From: a virus
DNA length: 64,000 nt
Virus record (IMG/VR): IMGVR_UViG_3300049847_000435
Location: 22,103 to 86,102 of that record
Strand: one strand, 5' to 3'
The notes under the pieces are model-generated. The model did not search any database. It saw nothing but the letters and a program-made list of their open reading frames with translations, and had not been told where the DNA came from. The position numbers and the translations under genes were made by a program. Within the stretch, counting starts at the first letter, position 1, and each line of letters starts with the position of its first letter. Below are positions 29,448 through 39,996 of this stretch, piece by piece.

Positions 29448-30533
29448 TTACTTACCGGTGGTCGCTCCCGCCTCTGCCGCCTTCTTATCAATTCCATACT
29501 TCGCCTTTATTGCCTCACCATTCGCGGTAAGAGAATCGGCGAGCGAATCGCACTCATCATCTGATAGCTCGACGATAGTGGAACGAATCTGCGTCTTGTT
29601 TTTCCTGCACCAGCCCACCACCAAGTAGGTGGTGGCGCTTGCCGATTCCGCGCCAAACAATTTATCGATGGTATTGATTAGCCGGTCAATCGCCGGGCTT
29701 TGTCGGGGAGCGCCATCGAATGGGTTGTCGCCATCTTCACTAAATTCCCCAGCGAGATCGTCGCCAACAATCTCGCCAGTATCGCCGTCTACGAAAGTAT
29801 ACATCGACTCATGGCTGGCGCTGGATTGCGCAGGCAGCAACGCAAAGGCTTCGTTGCGCATCGCCAGTAACTTGCGCTGTACCCATTCTGGGTCTGGTTC
29901 CAGAAACAGAAGATTCTTTACGCGTCGCACCCGCTTTCCGTCGTCCCCTGGGGTGCTGATTTCCTTTTTACGGCGAGTGAGCAGGAACGGCACGCCATTC
30001 AGACTGCCGCGAACGCCATGAGCCGCCTGAAGATTTTGCGTCAGTTGGATGATATCGTAAACGGAATGCGTCTCCACAATCACATACGCCAGACGTGCGA
30101 GTTCTGGAATGATCACATAGAGCCTTCCCACCTGCTTGCAACCACATTTACCGCCGCATAGACGTTCGCACTGCTTCGGACTCGCTGATGCCTTGCCGTC
30201 CTTCTCGCGTGAAAACGTCTGTATTTCGCTATCGCAGCGACGCTGTAGCCCGCCCGCACTATACTCCTCCATCCACGCCTGAAAGTTGCCGTCTGGCGTG
30301 GGGAATGGGAGCAGGATGCGGATCGACTTGGGCTTATCGCCATAAGCTTTGGCGAACGATTCGACGGCAGCGGCATCCTGGCTATCGAAGCGGAAGTAAT
30401 CCAGGTCTTTCCCGTAGACCTCGTACTTCTTCCCTTCGGCGCTTGTCTTCTGCTGCTTGACATCGCCTTTGCGCAACTTTCCAATGATCGGAAACTGCGC
30501 CGTCTGGTTGATTTGCAAACTCTTAATTGGCAT
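29448..30533 (-). CDS. Gp3-like (recombination-directionality-factor-like) protein
   Basis: MPIKSL..IGKLRKG..DLDYFRF..RRCD..CKQVGRL..THS pattern. Confidence 0.65.
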   Translation of the reverse strand: MPIKSLQINQTAQFPIIGKLRKGDVKQQKTSAEGKKYEVYGKDLDYFRFDSQDAAAVESFAKAYGDKPKSIRILLPFPTPDGNFQAWMEEYSAGGLQRRCDSEIQTFSREKDGKASASPKQCERLCGGKCGCKQVGRLYVIIPELARLAYVIVETHSVYDIIQLTQNLQAAHGVRGSLNGVPFLLTRRKKEISTPGDDGKRVRRVKNLLFLEPDPEWVQRKLLAMRNEAFALLPAQSSASHESMYTFVDGDTGEIVGDDLAGEFSEDGDNPFDGAPRQSPAIDRLINTIDKLFGAESASATTYLVVGWCRKNKTQIRSTIVELSDDECDSLADSLTANGEAIKAKYGIDKKAAEAGATTGK

Positions 30534-31524
30534 ATTCGATCCCCTTATTCTCTAAAATGAACTGCTTCACGGTATTGGGTAGCGCCTCCCAAACTTCGAG
30601 CGCCCGCTCCTGGTTTACTGCAATCTGGGCATGCAACTGCATGACACGCCCAGCCTCGTAGCTAGATAAATCTACATACAACGGACTCTTGACGAAGGCA
30701 TCCAGGTGCATGGCGATGTCTCGCAACTGAAAGCGCCGCATTCGTTCACGGTCCGCCATCTGCCAGGTCTGACCTTTGTGCCAGAAGATCGACTCTTCCA
30801 GTGGCAGCCCATCCCCCTTGGCGATGCGATAGTAGTAGTCGGTGAATCCCGCCAACTTCATCGGCATATCCACCAGTGCCCACCCAACCTGAGCCATTAC
30901 CCACTGAAACTGCGGCAACGTGACCGGGATGACTTCGAGCGGGGTCAAGCGAACGTGCTGGCTCATGCCATGATGCCAATAGCCAGCCACGCGAGCGCGA
31001 TTGCCTTCGCCATGCCAGTCGTAATCCCGCTCAATGAGGAGATCGACAAATTCTCCCGGCACTTGCTCGATGATAGGTTGCAGGTACGCCAGTAATCCTG
31101 GGTGACGGTCGCCTTGCCAGTTGGTCTTGAGTGCAACCGCCAATCGATGCTGGCAAAGCTTGCCGAATGTCGGCACGATCGGCGCTTGCTCATCACGACA
31201 ATCGCACCAACCGCCGCGCTTACTGCATTTGTGATTGCCGACCTGCCACAGATCGTTCCCATTGCTGTCAGCCTCCACGATGTGATAGAGTCCACCATTC
31301 AGTACAATCTCCATCGCCTTGCGTGCCCGGCTGCCACCCTTGACGTAGTGAATCTCCGGCCATTTTGCCTCGTACTTTTCGACCAGTTCCAGCAGTGGTA
31401 GCCGGTCAGCTTCAACCCTGGCTTGCTGCTGGCTATCCGCGGCGATCCCTTTCTGTGCTTCCGCCAAGATAGCCGCTTGCGTAGCGTCCCACCCTTGCTT
31501 TTTGAATTCTGCGATAGTGTTCAC
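30523..31524 (-). CDS. SWIM-type Zn-finger protein
   Basis: WCDCRD...LCQHRLA. Confidence 0.65.
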   Translation of the reverse strand: MNTIAEFKKQGWDATQAAILAEAQKGIAADSQQQARVEADRLPLLELVEKYEAKWPEIHYVKGGSRARKAMEIVLNGGLYHIVEADSNGNDLWQVGNHKCSKRGGWCDCRDEQAPIVPTFGKLCQHRLAVALKTNWQGDRHPGLLAYLQPIIEQVPGEFVDLLIERDYDWHGEGNRARVAGYWHHGMSQHVRLTPLEVIPVTLPQFQWVMAQVGWALVDMPMKLAGFTDYYYRIAKGDGLPLEESIFWHKGQTWQMADRERMRRFQLRDIAMHLDAFVKSPLYVDLSSYEAGRVMQLHAQIAVNQERALEVWEALPNTVKQFILENKGIEYAN

Positions 31525-31739
31525 TTGACCACCTCCAACAGTTTTTCGATCTCCCTTATCGCCGCTTCCGCCCCGCCACCGAACACATCACGCATTGGAC
31601 GAGATTGGAGCAGGCACAACATCACGCTTAAATTAGATTTCACCGTCGCTCGGCTGTCCGTTTGAATGCCATAGTCTTGCACATTCAAACTCTGCTTGTG
31701 CCCAGATTTGCGCGAGCGATTTTGTTTCATTTTTACCAT
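31521..31739 (-). CDS. hypothetical protein
   Basis: Coupled ORF. Confidence 0.45.
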   Translation of the reverse strand: MVKMKQNRSRKSGHKQSLNVQDYGIQTDSRATVKSNLSVMLCLLQSRPMRDVFGGGAEAAIREIEKLLEVVK

Positions 31740-31809
31740 AATTATTTACCGAGAATTGAACCTCGTGCACCCACCGGAACTTATCAGCAGCGAGCGCACG
31801 AGGATTGAA

Positions 31810-32184
31810 CTACCCAACGAACAGACTGCACGACAGAGCGTAGCGCGCCGCCTTCGTCAACCCCTTATACAATCGCTTGCGCAATACCTCTCTGTGCGCA
31901 GCGGCCTTGCTCTCGTAATCGCCAGGCAGAGCGATCTGGATATCCAACCGCTCTGATTTCCACGCGCTGTACACGCGTGGGTCAAGCGTTTCGGGGTCGG
32001 GAGTTTGCCGGGTGAAGCCCAACGCGGACAATTGACCCTCAACCTCGCCCAGCTTCTCCACAGGCACGCAAATCAACATATCGATGTCATTTGCGTAGAC
32101 GTTGCCATACGCGGCAGAGCCGATTAGAATCGGGCTGTAGGGACGCATGAGCGCCAGGGACTGCGAAGAGATAAGGCTTTTCAT
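31810..32184 (-). CDS. minimal nucleotidyltransferase-like protein
   Basis: LIGSAAYG...NDIDML, LDIQI. Confidence 0.55.
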   Translation of the reverse strand: MKSLISSQSLALMRPYSPILIGSAAYGNVYANDIDMLICVPVEKLGEVEGQLSALGFTRQTPDPETLDPRVYSAWKSERLDIQIALPGDYESKAAAHREVLRKRLYKGLTKAARYALSCSLFVG

Positions 32185-32396
32185 TTCGGCTTTACCTCCT
32201 TCTTGTTGGTGTCCCCGCTTCCGGCAGTCTGCGCCTGGGACGTCGCGTCTCTCTTACCCTCATTCAACGCACCGTTCAGGATGACCGTCGATGTCCCCTT
32301 CGGCGTGATCTTCCCAACCATCACCACAAGTGTCGCCATTTCTTCCCCCTTACATTATTCCAGCCATCGCGTTAGATAACAACGGCTGGAATTAAT

Positions 32397-32993
32397 TTAT
32401 GCCCCTGCAAGGGCGACATTTGGATTAGAGATAGAAAAGTAGCCGCGGCGCTGTTCGTCGTGCCACAGCTTCACCGGCGACTGCTGGGACTGCGCTAGCG
32501 CAACGCCCTCGGCGAATAGTTGCGCGTCCACCAAGTTACCCTGATTCTGCGCAAGCATATCGCGCAGAATGGCGACCATACCCGCGCCCTTGGCGCTGTG
32601 CGTTTTGGCATGATCCTCGTCGAGGTTGATCTCGACACCTTGCTCGTCTGAGATTTGTTGAATAAGCTCCAAGAGCGGAAACATGCGCGCTTCGTGTGCT
32701 CCAAACTTCGTCACGAATCCGCTGTTTTTTCGTGGCTCCAGGCAAATGACGATATTGCCGTTGTGGCGGTCGTAGATGGTGGCTTGGAGATGACCGGGCT
32801 TGATCGATTCGCTCGCGGTAACATAGAAGCGGGCAATAGTGCCAGCCTTCACGCCAGCCAGGTAGAGCTGATCCGCTTCGGGGTCGTCACTGGGTTGGAA
32901 GGTGTGTCCGGGGTGATTGAAGGGATTGATTCGGCGCGGGTCATGCGTGAGGTAGGTTTGAACGGCTGCACCGAGTGTGGTAGAATTCTGCAT
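32397..32993 (-). CDS. hypothetical protein
   Basis: AAGGAGA RBS before MQNSTT. Confidence 0.6.
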   Translation of the reverse strand: MQNSTTLGAAVQTYLTHDPRRINPFNHPGHTFQPSDDPEADQLYLAGVKAGTIARFYVTASESIKPGHLQATIYDRHNGNIVICLEPRKNSGFVTKFGAHEARMFPLLELIQQISDEQGVEINLDEDHAKTHSAKGAGMVAILRDMLAQNQGNLVDAQLFAEGVALAQSQQSPVKLWHDEQRRGYFSISNPNVALAGA

Positions 32994-33287
32994 GATAACT
33001 CTCCTTGTGAGATTATCGACACGGGAACGCTTGGCGAAACTTTCCACGGTAGAGCCAAGCGTTCCTTTTATACGAGTAAAGCAATGCAATACAATTGTAA
33101 CACTACAGATTACTTTTGTCAAGCTGTAATTTAATTTAAATTCACTAATCTGTATACAACACGAGTGATTGGGCTCGACAAGCCACCCACTCGTTGTCGA
33201 GCGGTAAACGGGAAGAGAGCGGGGAAACCAGGGAAACTGAGGAAAATTGGATCGAGATATTGCTTTTACCGCTAGACCGGGTGGCAT

Positions 33288-33317
33288 TTCAAATACGAAA
33301 ACGTTTTCGTATTTGAA
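33288..33317. repeat. dispersed palindrome copy 5
   Basis: TTCAAATACGAAAACGTTTTCGTATTTGAA. Confidence 0.9.
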
Positions 33318-33385
33318 GAAAAAAAAGAAGCGACCATCGCTTAGACTGTCGCTTCTGAGTAGAAAACATAGGATACCTTATCTAC

Positions 33386-34138
33386 TTATGGATAAGGTAC
33401 GGTAGCCTTGCAGGTTACATAGACCTCGTTTTCTCCACGCCTTTTTCTATCAATAACCACACCATCAATGGAGATGATGCACGATGGTGGATTACCCATA
33501 TCTGTATCAGCGATTCTAAGACGAAGCATAATGCCGCGCGTCGATACGAAAGAGTACTCCCACGACGAATTCACGTCATCTACCGTTATCTTCGGCATTG
33601 CGCCGACCTGATACTCTACCGACGAGTACACCGCCTCACCGCTCTCGCTCTCAATGCGAAATTGTATTGCGTGAGGCATTTCCGTTGGGGTTTGTGTTGG
33701 TGTCGGGGTCAGCGTCGGAATGGGTGTCTGCGTGCGCGTCATACTTGGTGAGGGCGTGACAGTTAGCGTAGGTGTAATCGTCGGCGTTGGAGTAACCGTT
33801 GGTGTTGGCGTATCTAGCCAGCCTGCGCCACTACAAATAGTAGGCACAGGCGTTAGAATCTTTTCATTCGCTAAATCCCTGAGTTCCTTCATGCCCCCAT
33901 AATGCGTTTGCGCTACGTAGTAGCTAAACGATAGTTTCTCGACTAACTCGTAGTCATCGCATCGAGATCGATGGGCGGCAATCTCGTCAAAATATTTGAG
34001 GTTTTGAGGCTGATCCAATTTATTATTCTCGTTAAGAGCGCCGAGGGTGCCGAAAACAAGCGTAACTATCAAAAAAGTCACTATGAAGGGGAATTTAGAT
34101 TTTTTTCGCTTCGATCTAGTAAGGCGATATTGACTCAT
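33386..34138 (-). CDS. membrane-anchored protein with Pro/Thr linker and C-terminal beta domain
   Basis: N-terminal TM, (TP)n linker, two C-terminal Cys. Confidence 0.7.
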   Translation of the reverse strand: MSQYRLTRSKRKKSKFPFIVTFLIVTLVFGTLGALNENNKLDQPQNLKYFDEIAAHRSRCDDYELVEKLSFSYYVAQTHYGGMKELRDLANEKILTPVPTICSGAGWLDTPTPTVTPTPTITPTLTVTPSPSMTRTQTPIPTLTPTPTQTPTEMPHAIQFRIESESGEAVYSSVEYQVGAMPKITVDDVNSSWEYSFVSTRGIMLRLRIADTDMGNPPSCIISIDGVVIDRKRRGENEVYVTCKATVPYP

Positions 34139-34210
34139 GGGTAGTGGGCGCTCCTGGGAGGAATTAGTTCCGTTGCTGGATAGAATCAATCAATACAGCA
34201 CTATTGATCA

Positions 34211-34927
34211 TCACTCTTTATCTATATCTCCCCCAAGTAGCTCGAATGTTGCTAGCGCCTCTATAAATGCGTTCTTTTCCTGAGCAGTGATAACGTAGTC
34301 GAAAATTTCAGTCCTGCCATAAAATCGGATTTTCGTGATTTTAGCCTTTGCCACCGCTTGCAACATTTTCATACTCGACTTTCCAGACAGCCCAATATCA
34401 TTACTTTCGTAAACATTGCCAGCGCCAAAATCTAACTTCGCATCAAGTGTGTTGAATTTCAAAGTAAATTTCTCGCCATCAGCAACAATGGTGCAATTGT
34501 CGAACATGGTAGCTTTTTCGCTGACCAAAAATACGCTGAAGCGAATCCATACATCGTCCCCGTCCGTTCCTATATATGGATAAATAGCCCCATCATCCTG
34601 CAATATCGTAAATTTGCTAGTGTAGAATGTGTTTCCGCTGAATTCGTCCTTACTTTTCTCTACCCTACTCAAGGCGTCCGGCATAAGCTCTGCCCAATAC
34701 CCACCTTCGACAACTGGCTTTTTTGTAACATCCACTGGCTTTCCGACCAAGACACCCCTGGCGACAGTTGAGGCGGAGACAACTACGCCGTCCTCAACTT
34801 CTACCGAGAGGGTGATTATTTTCCCATTGGTGATTACTGGTATTTCGTAGGTGTCAGCCAAAGCAACACTACTGAAAATGAAAATCAGAAACATTGAACA
34901 GAGAGAAACTGCAAGTGTCTTTCTCAT
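34211..34927 (-). CDS. secreted hypothetical protein
   Basis: Signal peptide ending ALA-D. Confidence 0.7.
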   Translation of the reverse strand: MRKTLAVSLCSMFLIFIFSSVALADTYEIPVITNGKIITLSVEVEDGVVVSASTVARGVLVGKPVDVTKKPVVEGGYWAELMPDALSRVEKSKDEFSGNTFYTSKFTILQDDGAIYPYIGTDGDDVWIRFSVFLVSEKATMFDNCTIVADGEKFTLKFNTLDAKLDFGAGNVYESNDIGLSGKSSMKMLQAVAKAKITKIRFYGRTEIFDYVITAQEKNAFIEALATFELLGGDIDKE

Positions 34928-35156
34928 ATGAAACTTCCTTTTTCGACTATGGGATTAAGTAAATTTAGCATGGCGGCGAGACCGCTTGCGGTAACATTAA
35001 CATGTTGAGACTTATTTCAAAACTGACATTTGACGTATATATCACCAATCAATACAATTACTTGCAAATATAAACTTCATACTTGACGAAAGTAAACCTA
35101 TCAAGTATACTGACTAAAGTTGCAGATTTTTTACTAAATGGGATACTGGAGGGGAT

Positions 35157-35393
35157 GTGATAGATAAATACAAGGTGCTTGAATTCATGGCACGAAAACG
35201 AATCTCCAAGCAGACGGAGCTAGCTAGCCGTCTTGGAGTAACTAGACAGTCCTTGTCAAACTGGCTGACGGGCAAAGATAAGCCAACAACCGACAATCTA
35301 ATCGCGCTGTGCCAAGAGCTAGAATGCACATTCGACGACATTGTCATAATCCCAAAAGGTGACGCCCCGGTTTTGGCTTTGTCACCAGCATGA
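35157..35393 (+). CDS. XRE/Cro-family HTH regulator
   Basis: QTELASRLGVTRQSLSNWLTGKDKP; GGAGG RBS. Confidence 0.88.
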   Translation: MIDKYKVLEFMARKRISKQTELASRLGVTRQSLSNWLTGKDKPTTDNLIALCQELECTFDDIVIIPKGDAPVLALSPA

Positions 35394-35774
35394 AAGAATC
35401 GGGGCTAAAAAAAAGAAAAGCTCACTGCGAGAACAGTGAGCCTTCCTTTAACCCTGATAGGTTCAGTCACCCTTTAGCCAACCATCAACAATTGTCAGAT
35501 GACAGATCGTTGATAGTGCGGTAAGATGAGTGACCCATATACAAATTGACTATCTCTCAACTTGGACGAAGGAAGATAGTCAATCGCCTAACACGCGTAG
35601 TGCGTGGTTGGTTACTATTGAGATTCTTCGTAGTGACCACGTAATCAGCCACTTCCTGACTAGTATCACCAATTCATCATACATACTGCACATTAAAAAC
35701 ATAGTTACAAAACGTTTACGTTTTGGTACAGAGACGATTGTGGTTTGGCGCACGTCTCCATACCAATGGTGGGC

Positions 35775-35824
35775 TGTGCTTCACCAGGGACTTGAACCCT
35801 GAACCCGATGATTAAGAGTCAGCT
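35775..35824 (-). mobile_element. attP-like site: 3' half of tRNA-Lys(CTT)
   Basis: Minus strand TGACTCTTAATCATCGGGTTCAGGGTTCAAGTCCCTGGTGAAGCAC; 60 bp downstream of the integrase; no 5' half. Confidence 0.75.
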
Positions 35825-35883
35825 ATTTTGCGGTTTACCAACCAAAACACTTGACCCTTCACAGCAGAGCAGATGACTAAAAA

Positions 35884-36801
35884 TCATGTGCTCTGGTCTT
35901 TCTGGTTCCTCGTCGCATTATCGTATTCCCGCCGTAAACCGCTCGAAACCCACTTTGCATATTTCGCCGCCGTGAACGAAACCGACGTGTGCCCCATCGC
36001 ACTGCTTACAGCGCTGAGCGCCATTCCGTTATTCAATCGTTCAATCGCGTATAGGTGCCTGATCGAGTGCGGATTGATTTGCGGGATACCAGCATCCACA
36101 CATCGGCGATTGAGCATTTGACGCACGCCGTTCGGTAATAGCCCTACTGAGTAATACGAACTCTGACCCCCAACCGATAACAGTAGCTTTTCGCAGGTAG
36201 TCGCCGGGCGGTTCATAAGATACTCAAGATAGGCAGTCTTGAAGTCTTCGCCAAATGGGCACAGGCGATCTTTCCCGCCTTTGCCATCTCTCACCAGGAC
36301 GAAGCCAGCGACTAGATCAACGTCATTCAGGGAAAGGCTACATGCTTCATTAACGCGTACGCCGGTTGACCAGAGTAACCGAACGACGAACTTGTCACGG
36401 ATATCGGCAAACGAAGACGAACCGATGAATAACAGCAACTTTTTCAGGTGGGTAGGGTCCGCAACTCGCGGTTTGTGTTTCGCAACTTTGGGGGCGTCGA
36501 TGTAGTCCACCGGATTATCAAATGTTTGCCGCTTGCGGTGGGATCGCTTTTCGTACCAGCGCATAAAGGCTCGAATAGCTCGAAAGCGTGCATGGATCGT
36601 CGATTCTGATATACCGGTCTTTTGTTGCGCTATAAAAAAGGCTTCTATCGTATCGGGGTCATCAGCCGGTAACCCACACTTATCTATGTAGCGAGAAAAA
36701 GCAGATAGCTGCTGGGCGTACCAATTGACAGTACTGGCGGATAAATGCTTTGCCCGCCGATTTTCGAGGAATAGGTCAATCTCCTGAGATATTTTATTCA
36801 T
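35884..36801 (-). CDS. int: tyrosine integrase
   Basis: TGVRVNE, DGKGGKDR, HSIRH, MGH...KY. Confidence 0.92.
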   Translation of the reverse strand: MNKISQEIDLFLENRRAKHLSASTVNWYAQQLSAFSRYIDKCGLPADDPDTIEAFFIAQQKTGISESTIHARFRAIRAFMRWYEKRSHRKRQTFDNPVDYIDAPKVAKHKPRVADPTHLKKLLLFIGSSSFADIRDKFVVRLLWSTGVRVNEACSLSLNDVDLVAGFVLVRDGKGGKDRLCPFGEDFKTAYLEYLMNRPATTCEKLLLSVGGQSSYYSVGLLPNGVRQMLNRRCVDAGIPQINPHSIRHLYAIERLNNGMALSAVSSAMGHTSVSFTAAKYAKWVSSGLRREYDNATRNQKDQST

Positions 36802-37071
36802 GGGCCACCTATGGACTAGCCAAGGCGACGCGGAACGCGCCAAACCATATCTAGTCTACGTCAAAAGTATTAAATTGCAAATAATGATTAATGGATGATT
36901 TAGCAGCGATGAGATGGCGATGTGAGCGTGGCGGGGGAAGTGGAGTACCGCCAGAGGCTAGCTGACAAAATTGTAACAAAAAATGACAGAGGTTAGAACG
37001 GGCAAATATATTACATTTACTTTCGACTGCCGACAGGTAGCCGAATAAGAAATTTCAAACAGGGGGATAAC

Positions 37072-37341
37072 ATGGCAACTCAAGTATTTCAAGTATTTCA
37101 GGTACTTAAAACACAGTGGTGGGTCGGCGAAAGCGCCGAGGCGGTTGCGGCGAAGGCGGCTCAGGGACTCGGTATGGACGCGTCAGTGGTTTTATCCTCG
37201 ACGCGCAAGCTCGAAGATGCGGAGCTTGAAGAGCGTTACTTCCCCTTAGAAGACGAGAGGGTGACGTTCGCCGAAGCGCTGCCGTGGATCGAGCCGTCCG
37301 AGATGCCGCGCGTGTTCGCTCTTAGATATACCAATGACTGA
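37072..37341 (+). CDS. hypothetical protein
   Basis: AGGGGG RBS. Confidence 0.55.
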   Translation: MATQVFQVFQVLKTQWWVGESAEAVAAKAAQGLGMDASVVLSSTRKLEDAELEERYFPLEDERVTFAEALPWIEPSEMPRVFALRYTND

Positions 37342-37347
37342 GGTGTT

Positions 37348-38634
37348 ATGAAACGAATGATCGACGCCTCGATGTGGGCGAATGAAAAGTTTGGCGAACT
37401 ACCAATGATTGCGCGATTGCTACTCGTCGGTATGATCACGATTGCCGACGATCAAGGTCGATTAAAGGCTAACCCAGCGTGGTTGCGTGCGCAGATATTC
37501 CCATACGATGACATTGGCAGTGACGATGTAGATAATTCACTCTGCCTAATCGCTGACAACGAAACGGTATTGCTGTACGAGGTTGATGGAAAGCGATACG
37601 CCCAGTTGGCGAACTGGTGGGACTACCAAAGCCTTCAATACGCCCAGCCATCAAAGCATCCGTGTCCATCTGGATGGAAAGACAGAATTCGCTACAACTA
37701 CAGCAAGGGCATGATTCTTTCGTGCAACTGGACATTGACAGATGGCAGCAAAGGGAAGGACACCTGTGACGAAAACGGGGTTCCCAATCAATCTCCTGAA
37801 CTAAAAGGTAAGCATAATCCACCTGGAAATCCACCTGGAAATCCACCCGGAAATCCACCCGGAAATCCACCTGAACGTATAAATATAGATCAAGATCAAG
37901 ATCAAATTAAAGATCAAGATACTAAGAGGGAGTGTGATCCTGTAGAGCCGCAAGCCACCCCCACTTTCGCTTCCGAAAATTCTCTGATTGTTTCGGAAAA
38001 CAAATCGCCCGAAACTGAAATGCCCGAAACCGTTCCTGGCGTCGACGCGCAAACCCTGGAGCTTACCCGGCGCTGGTCAAGGAATGCCCCGTTACCGGTT
38101 CGGGTTCGCATGAATGCCCAGCAAGCTGCACTTGTTGCAGCCGAGCCGACGCCAGTATCCGATCCTCCATCACGGATTCAATCCGTATCCTTTCAGCCCC
38201 CTACGGGAAACCACGTGATCGGCACCGATGAAGGAAAAATAATCATTCCTGCATCGACTTGGACGGAAATGCTTGGGGCAATGCTCGACGGTTTAGGTCT
38301 TAGAGACCTAGCGTCAGCAGGCGTCGTGAAGGCGAAGCGAGACGCGGGCGACACGCTTGAGACACTTTCTCGGATGAGCCCGAAATTTAGGACAAGGGAT
38401 GGCATCCAAGAGTTGTTTTCCAGTTGGGCAAGAGCAAGACCCGATTACCCAGTTCCAAAACCGGCATGGCTTGAAGAACATGCGAGTTTATTTTTAGCAG
38501 GAAAAGTTCGTTATCAGGATGAAAAAAGGACAAAACAGCATGAAAGACGTTCACCAGGAAGCGACGGAAATCGTGCAGGCAATGCAGTCAACGCAGAAGA
38601 CCTCTACCCGCAATATTCCCGCTTCGGCGCATAA
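37348..38634 (+). CDS. phage replication initiator (replisome organiser-like)
   Basis: ADDQGR...LRAQIFPYD...NWWDYQ N-terminal domain; internal iterons; followed by DnaC-like gene. Confidence 0.75.
   Translation: MKRMIDASMWANEKFGELPMIARLLLVGMITIADDQGRLKANPAWLRAQIFPYDDIGSDDVDNSLCLIADNETVLLYEVDGKRYAQLANWWDYQSLQYAQPSKHPCPSGWKDRIRYNYSKGMILSCNWTLTDGSKGKDTCDENGVPNQSPELKGKHNPPGNPPGNPPGNPPGNPPERINIDQDQDQIKDQDTKRECDPVEPQATPTFASENSLIVSENKSPETEMPETVPGVDAQTLELTRRWSRNAPLPVRVRMNAQQAALVAAEPTPVSDPPSRIQSVSFQPPTGNHVIGTDEGKIIIPASTWTEMLGAMLDGLGLRDLASAGVVKAKRDAGDTLETLSRMSPKFRTRDGIQELFSSWARARPDYPVPKPAWLEEHASLFLAGKVRYQDEKRTKQHERRSPGSDGNRAGNAVNAEDLYPQYSRFGA
37816..37872 (+). repeat. 12-bp tandem repeats (AATCCACCYGGA x~5), probable origin iterons
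   Basis: Inside the initiator gene, followed by AT-rich GATCAA repeats. Confidence 0.7.
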
Positions 38635-39394
38635 AACCACATACCAGTGCTTAAGCTGCCAAGACACCGGCTATCTCGGATGGAAGACTCCGCACGCCGG
38701 TTATCAGGTCAAGGAGTGCTCTTTCTGCGAGTGCGAAAGAGGGCAAAAAACGCTTGAGTACTGGAAGCTACAATCGATCAAATCTCAGCAAAAACAACTA
38801 GACTCCATCTTCTCAGGGGCTGGTATTCCTGCCCACTTCCGTGGATTCACCATTGAGAGCATGGTCGAACGCTGCGCGAAAGACCACGGCAAGAAAGAAG
38901 CTATCTCCACCGTCAAATCCTTTATCGAAAACGGCTACGTCGAAGACTCAATGAGCAAGCGCTATAAGAACGGCTTGGTTCTTTCTGGTGACTTCGGACG
39001 CGGCAAGACGGGATTGCTTACGCCAGCGCTGCGCGGTATGTTGGAGTCCGGCAAGAGTGGTTTGTGGATTGAAACCTATGATTTCATTTCTGAGATTCAA
39101 TCTGGCTACGAAGATGGTTCCAGCCTGAAACGGCTTGAGGCTGCCCAGCGATCCGACGTAATTCTCCTCGATGATTTTGGCGATAAAAGTCGTCTTACCG
39201 CAGAGACGGACGACCGCCGTCGCATCATTTACCAACTCATCAACTACCGGCATAACAACGGGCTGCCCATGCTCATCACGACCAACCTCACCGCGGCAGA
39301 AATGTCGTTACAGTTCGGTCAGCGCACAGTCGAGCGCATCATCGAGAGTTGCGCGTGGGTCAAGGTTGGCGGCGATAACTTGCGATTATTCTGA
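38540..39394 (+). CDS. DnaC/IstB-like AAA+ ATPase (helicase loader)
   Basis: CxxC Zn knuckle, GDFGRGKT, LLDDFG, LITTNL, ERI. Confidence 0.88.
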   Translation: MKDVHQEATEIVQAMQSTQKTSTRNIPASAHKTTYQCLSCQDTGYLGWKTPHAGYQVKECSFCECERGQKTLEYWKLQSIKSQQKQLDSIFSGAGIPAHFRGFTIESMVERCAKDHGKKEAISTVKSFIENGYVEDSMSKRYKNGLVLSGDFGRGKTGLLTPALRGMLESGKSGLWIETYDFISEIQSGYEDGSSLKRLEAAQRSDVILLDDFGDKSRLTAETDDRRRIIYQLINYRHNNGLPMLITTNLTAAEMSLQFGQRTVERIIESCAWVKVGGDNLRLF

Positions 39395-39407
39395 TGAGCA
39401 CGGAGGA

Positions 39408-39974
39408 ATGATGAGAAAACCACGAGCTACAATTCTAAGCGATGGAGAATTCCGCCAAATCTGGACAACATCTCACACAGTCGCCGAAGTGTGTGAACGC
39501 ACAGGCTATAGCCGCGATAGCGCGGTGCGCAGAGCCAGCGTGCTGGGGCTGCCTGGCTTTTGCCGAGTCAACAACGCAGTGACCCACCAAATCCACGAAG
39601 ATCGCTGGTCTCATCAAGGCGAAGACGCCACACCGAACGCTATGCAGCTTTCGCACGCCGCCTACGCCGCCGGGATCGTTGATGCCACGGGTAGATTCGA
39701 GACAGTACGCGCTACAAGCGGTATTCTCGGACATCGGCTCACAGTCACGACACACAAAGCAGCATCACCGTCGCTTGAAATCCTGAAAAACGTGTACGGT
39801 GGCATCGTAGAATCTCCGCTCATCGGTCCCGGCGTGCGCAGTTCTACCAGTATCTCTTGGACGATTGAAACCGTAGAACTTTATAGGCTCATCAAGGCGA
39901 TCTACGAAATGTCGCACCGATGGCGCGACGAGATGTACGCCGCGGTTCTCTTTTTTGAGCAACCAAAACGCTAG
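39408..39974 (+). CDS. HTH + degenerate LAGLIDADG-like protein
   Basis: AYAAGIVDATG motif; N-terminal HTH. Confidence 0.6.
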   Translation: MMRKPRATILSDGEFRQIWTTSHTVAEVCERTGYSRDSAVRRASVLGLPGFCRVNNAVTHQIHEDRWSHQGEDATPNAMQLSHAAYAAGIVDATGRFETVRATSGILGHRLTVTTHKAASPSLEILKNVYGGIVESPLIGPGVRSSTSISWTIETVELYRLIKAIYEMSHRWRDEMYAAVLFFEQPKR

Positions 39975-39996
39975 ATTACGGAAATTAGGCGGAAAT

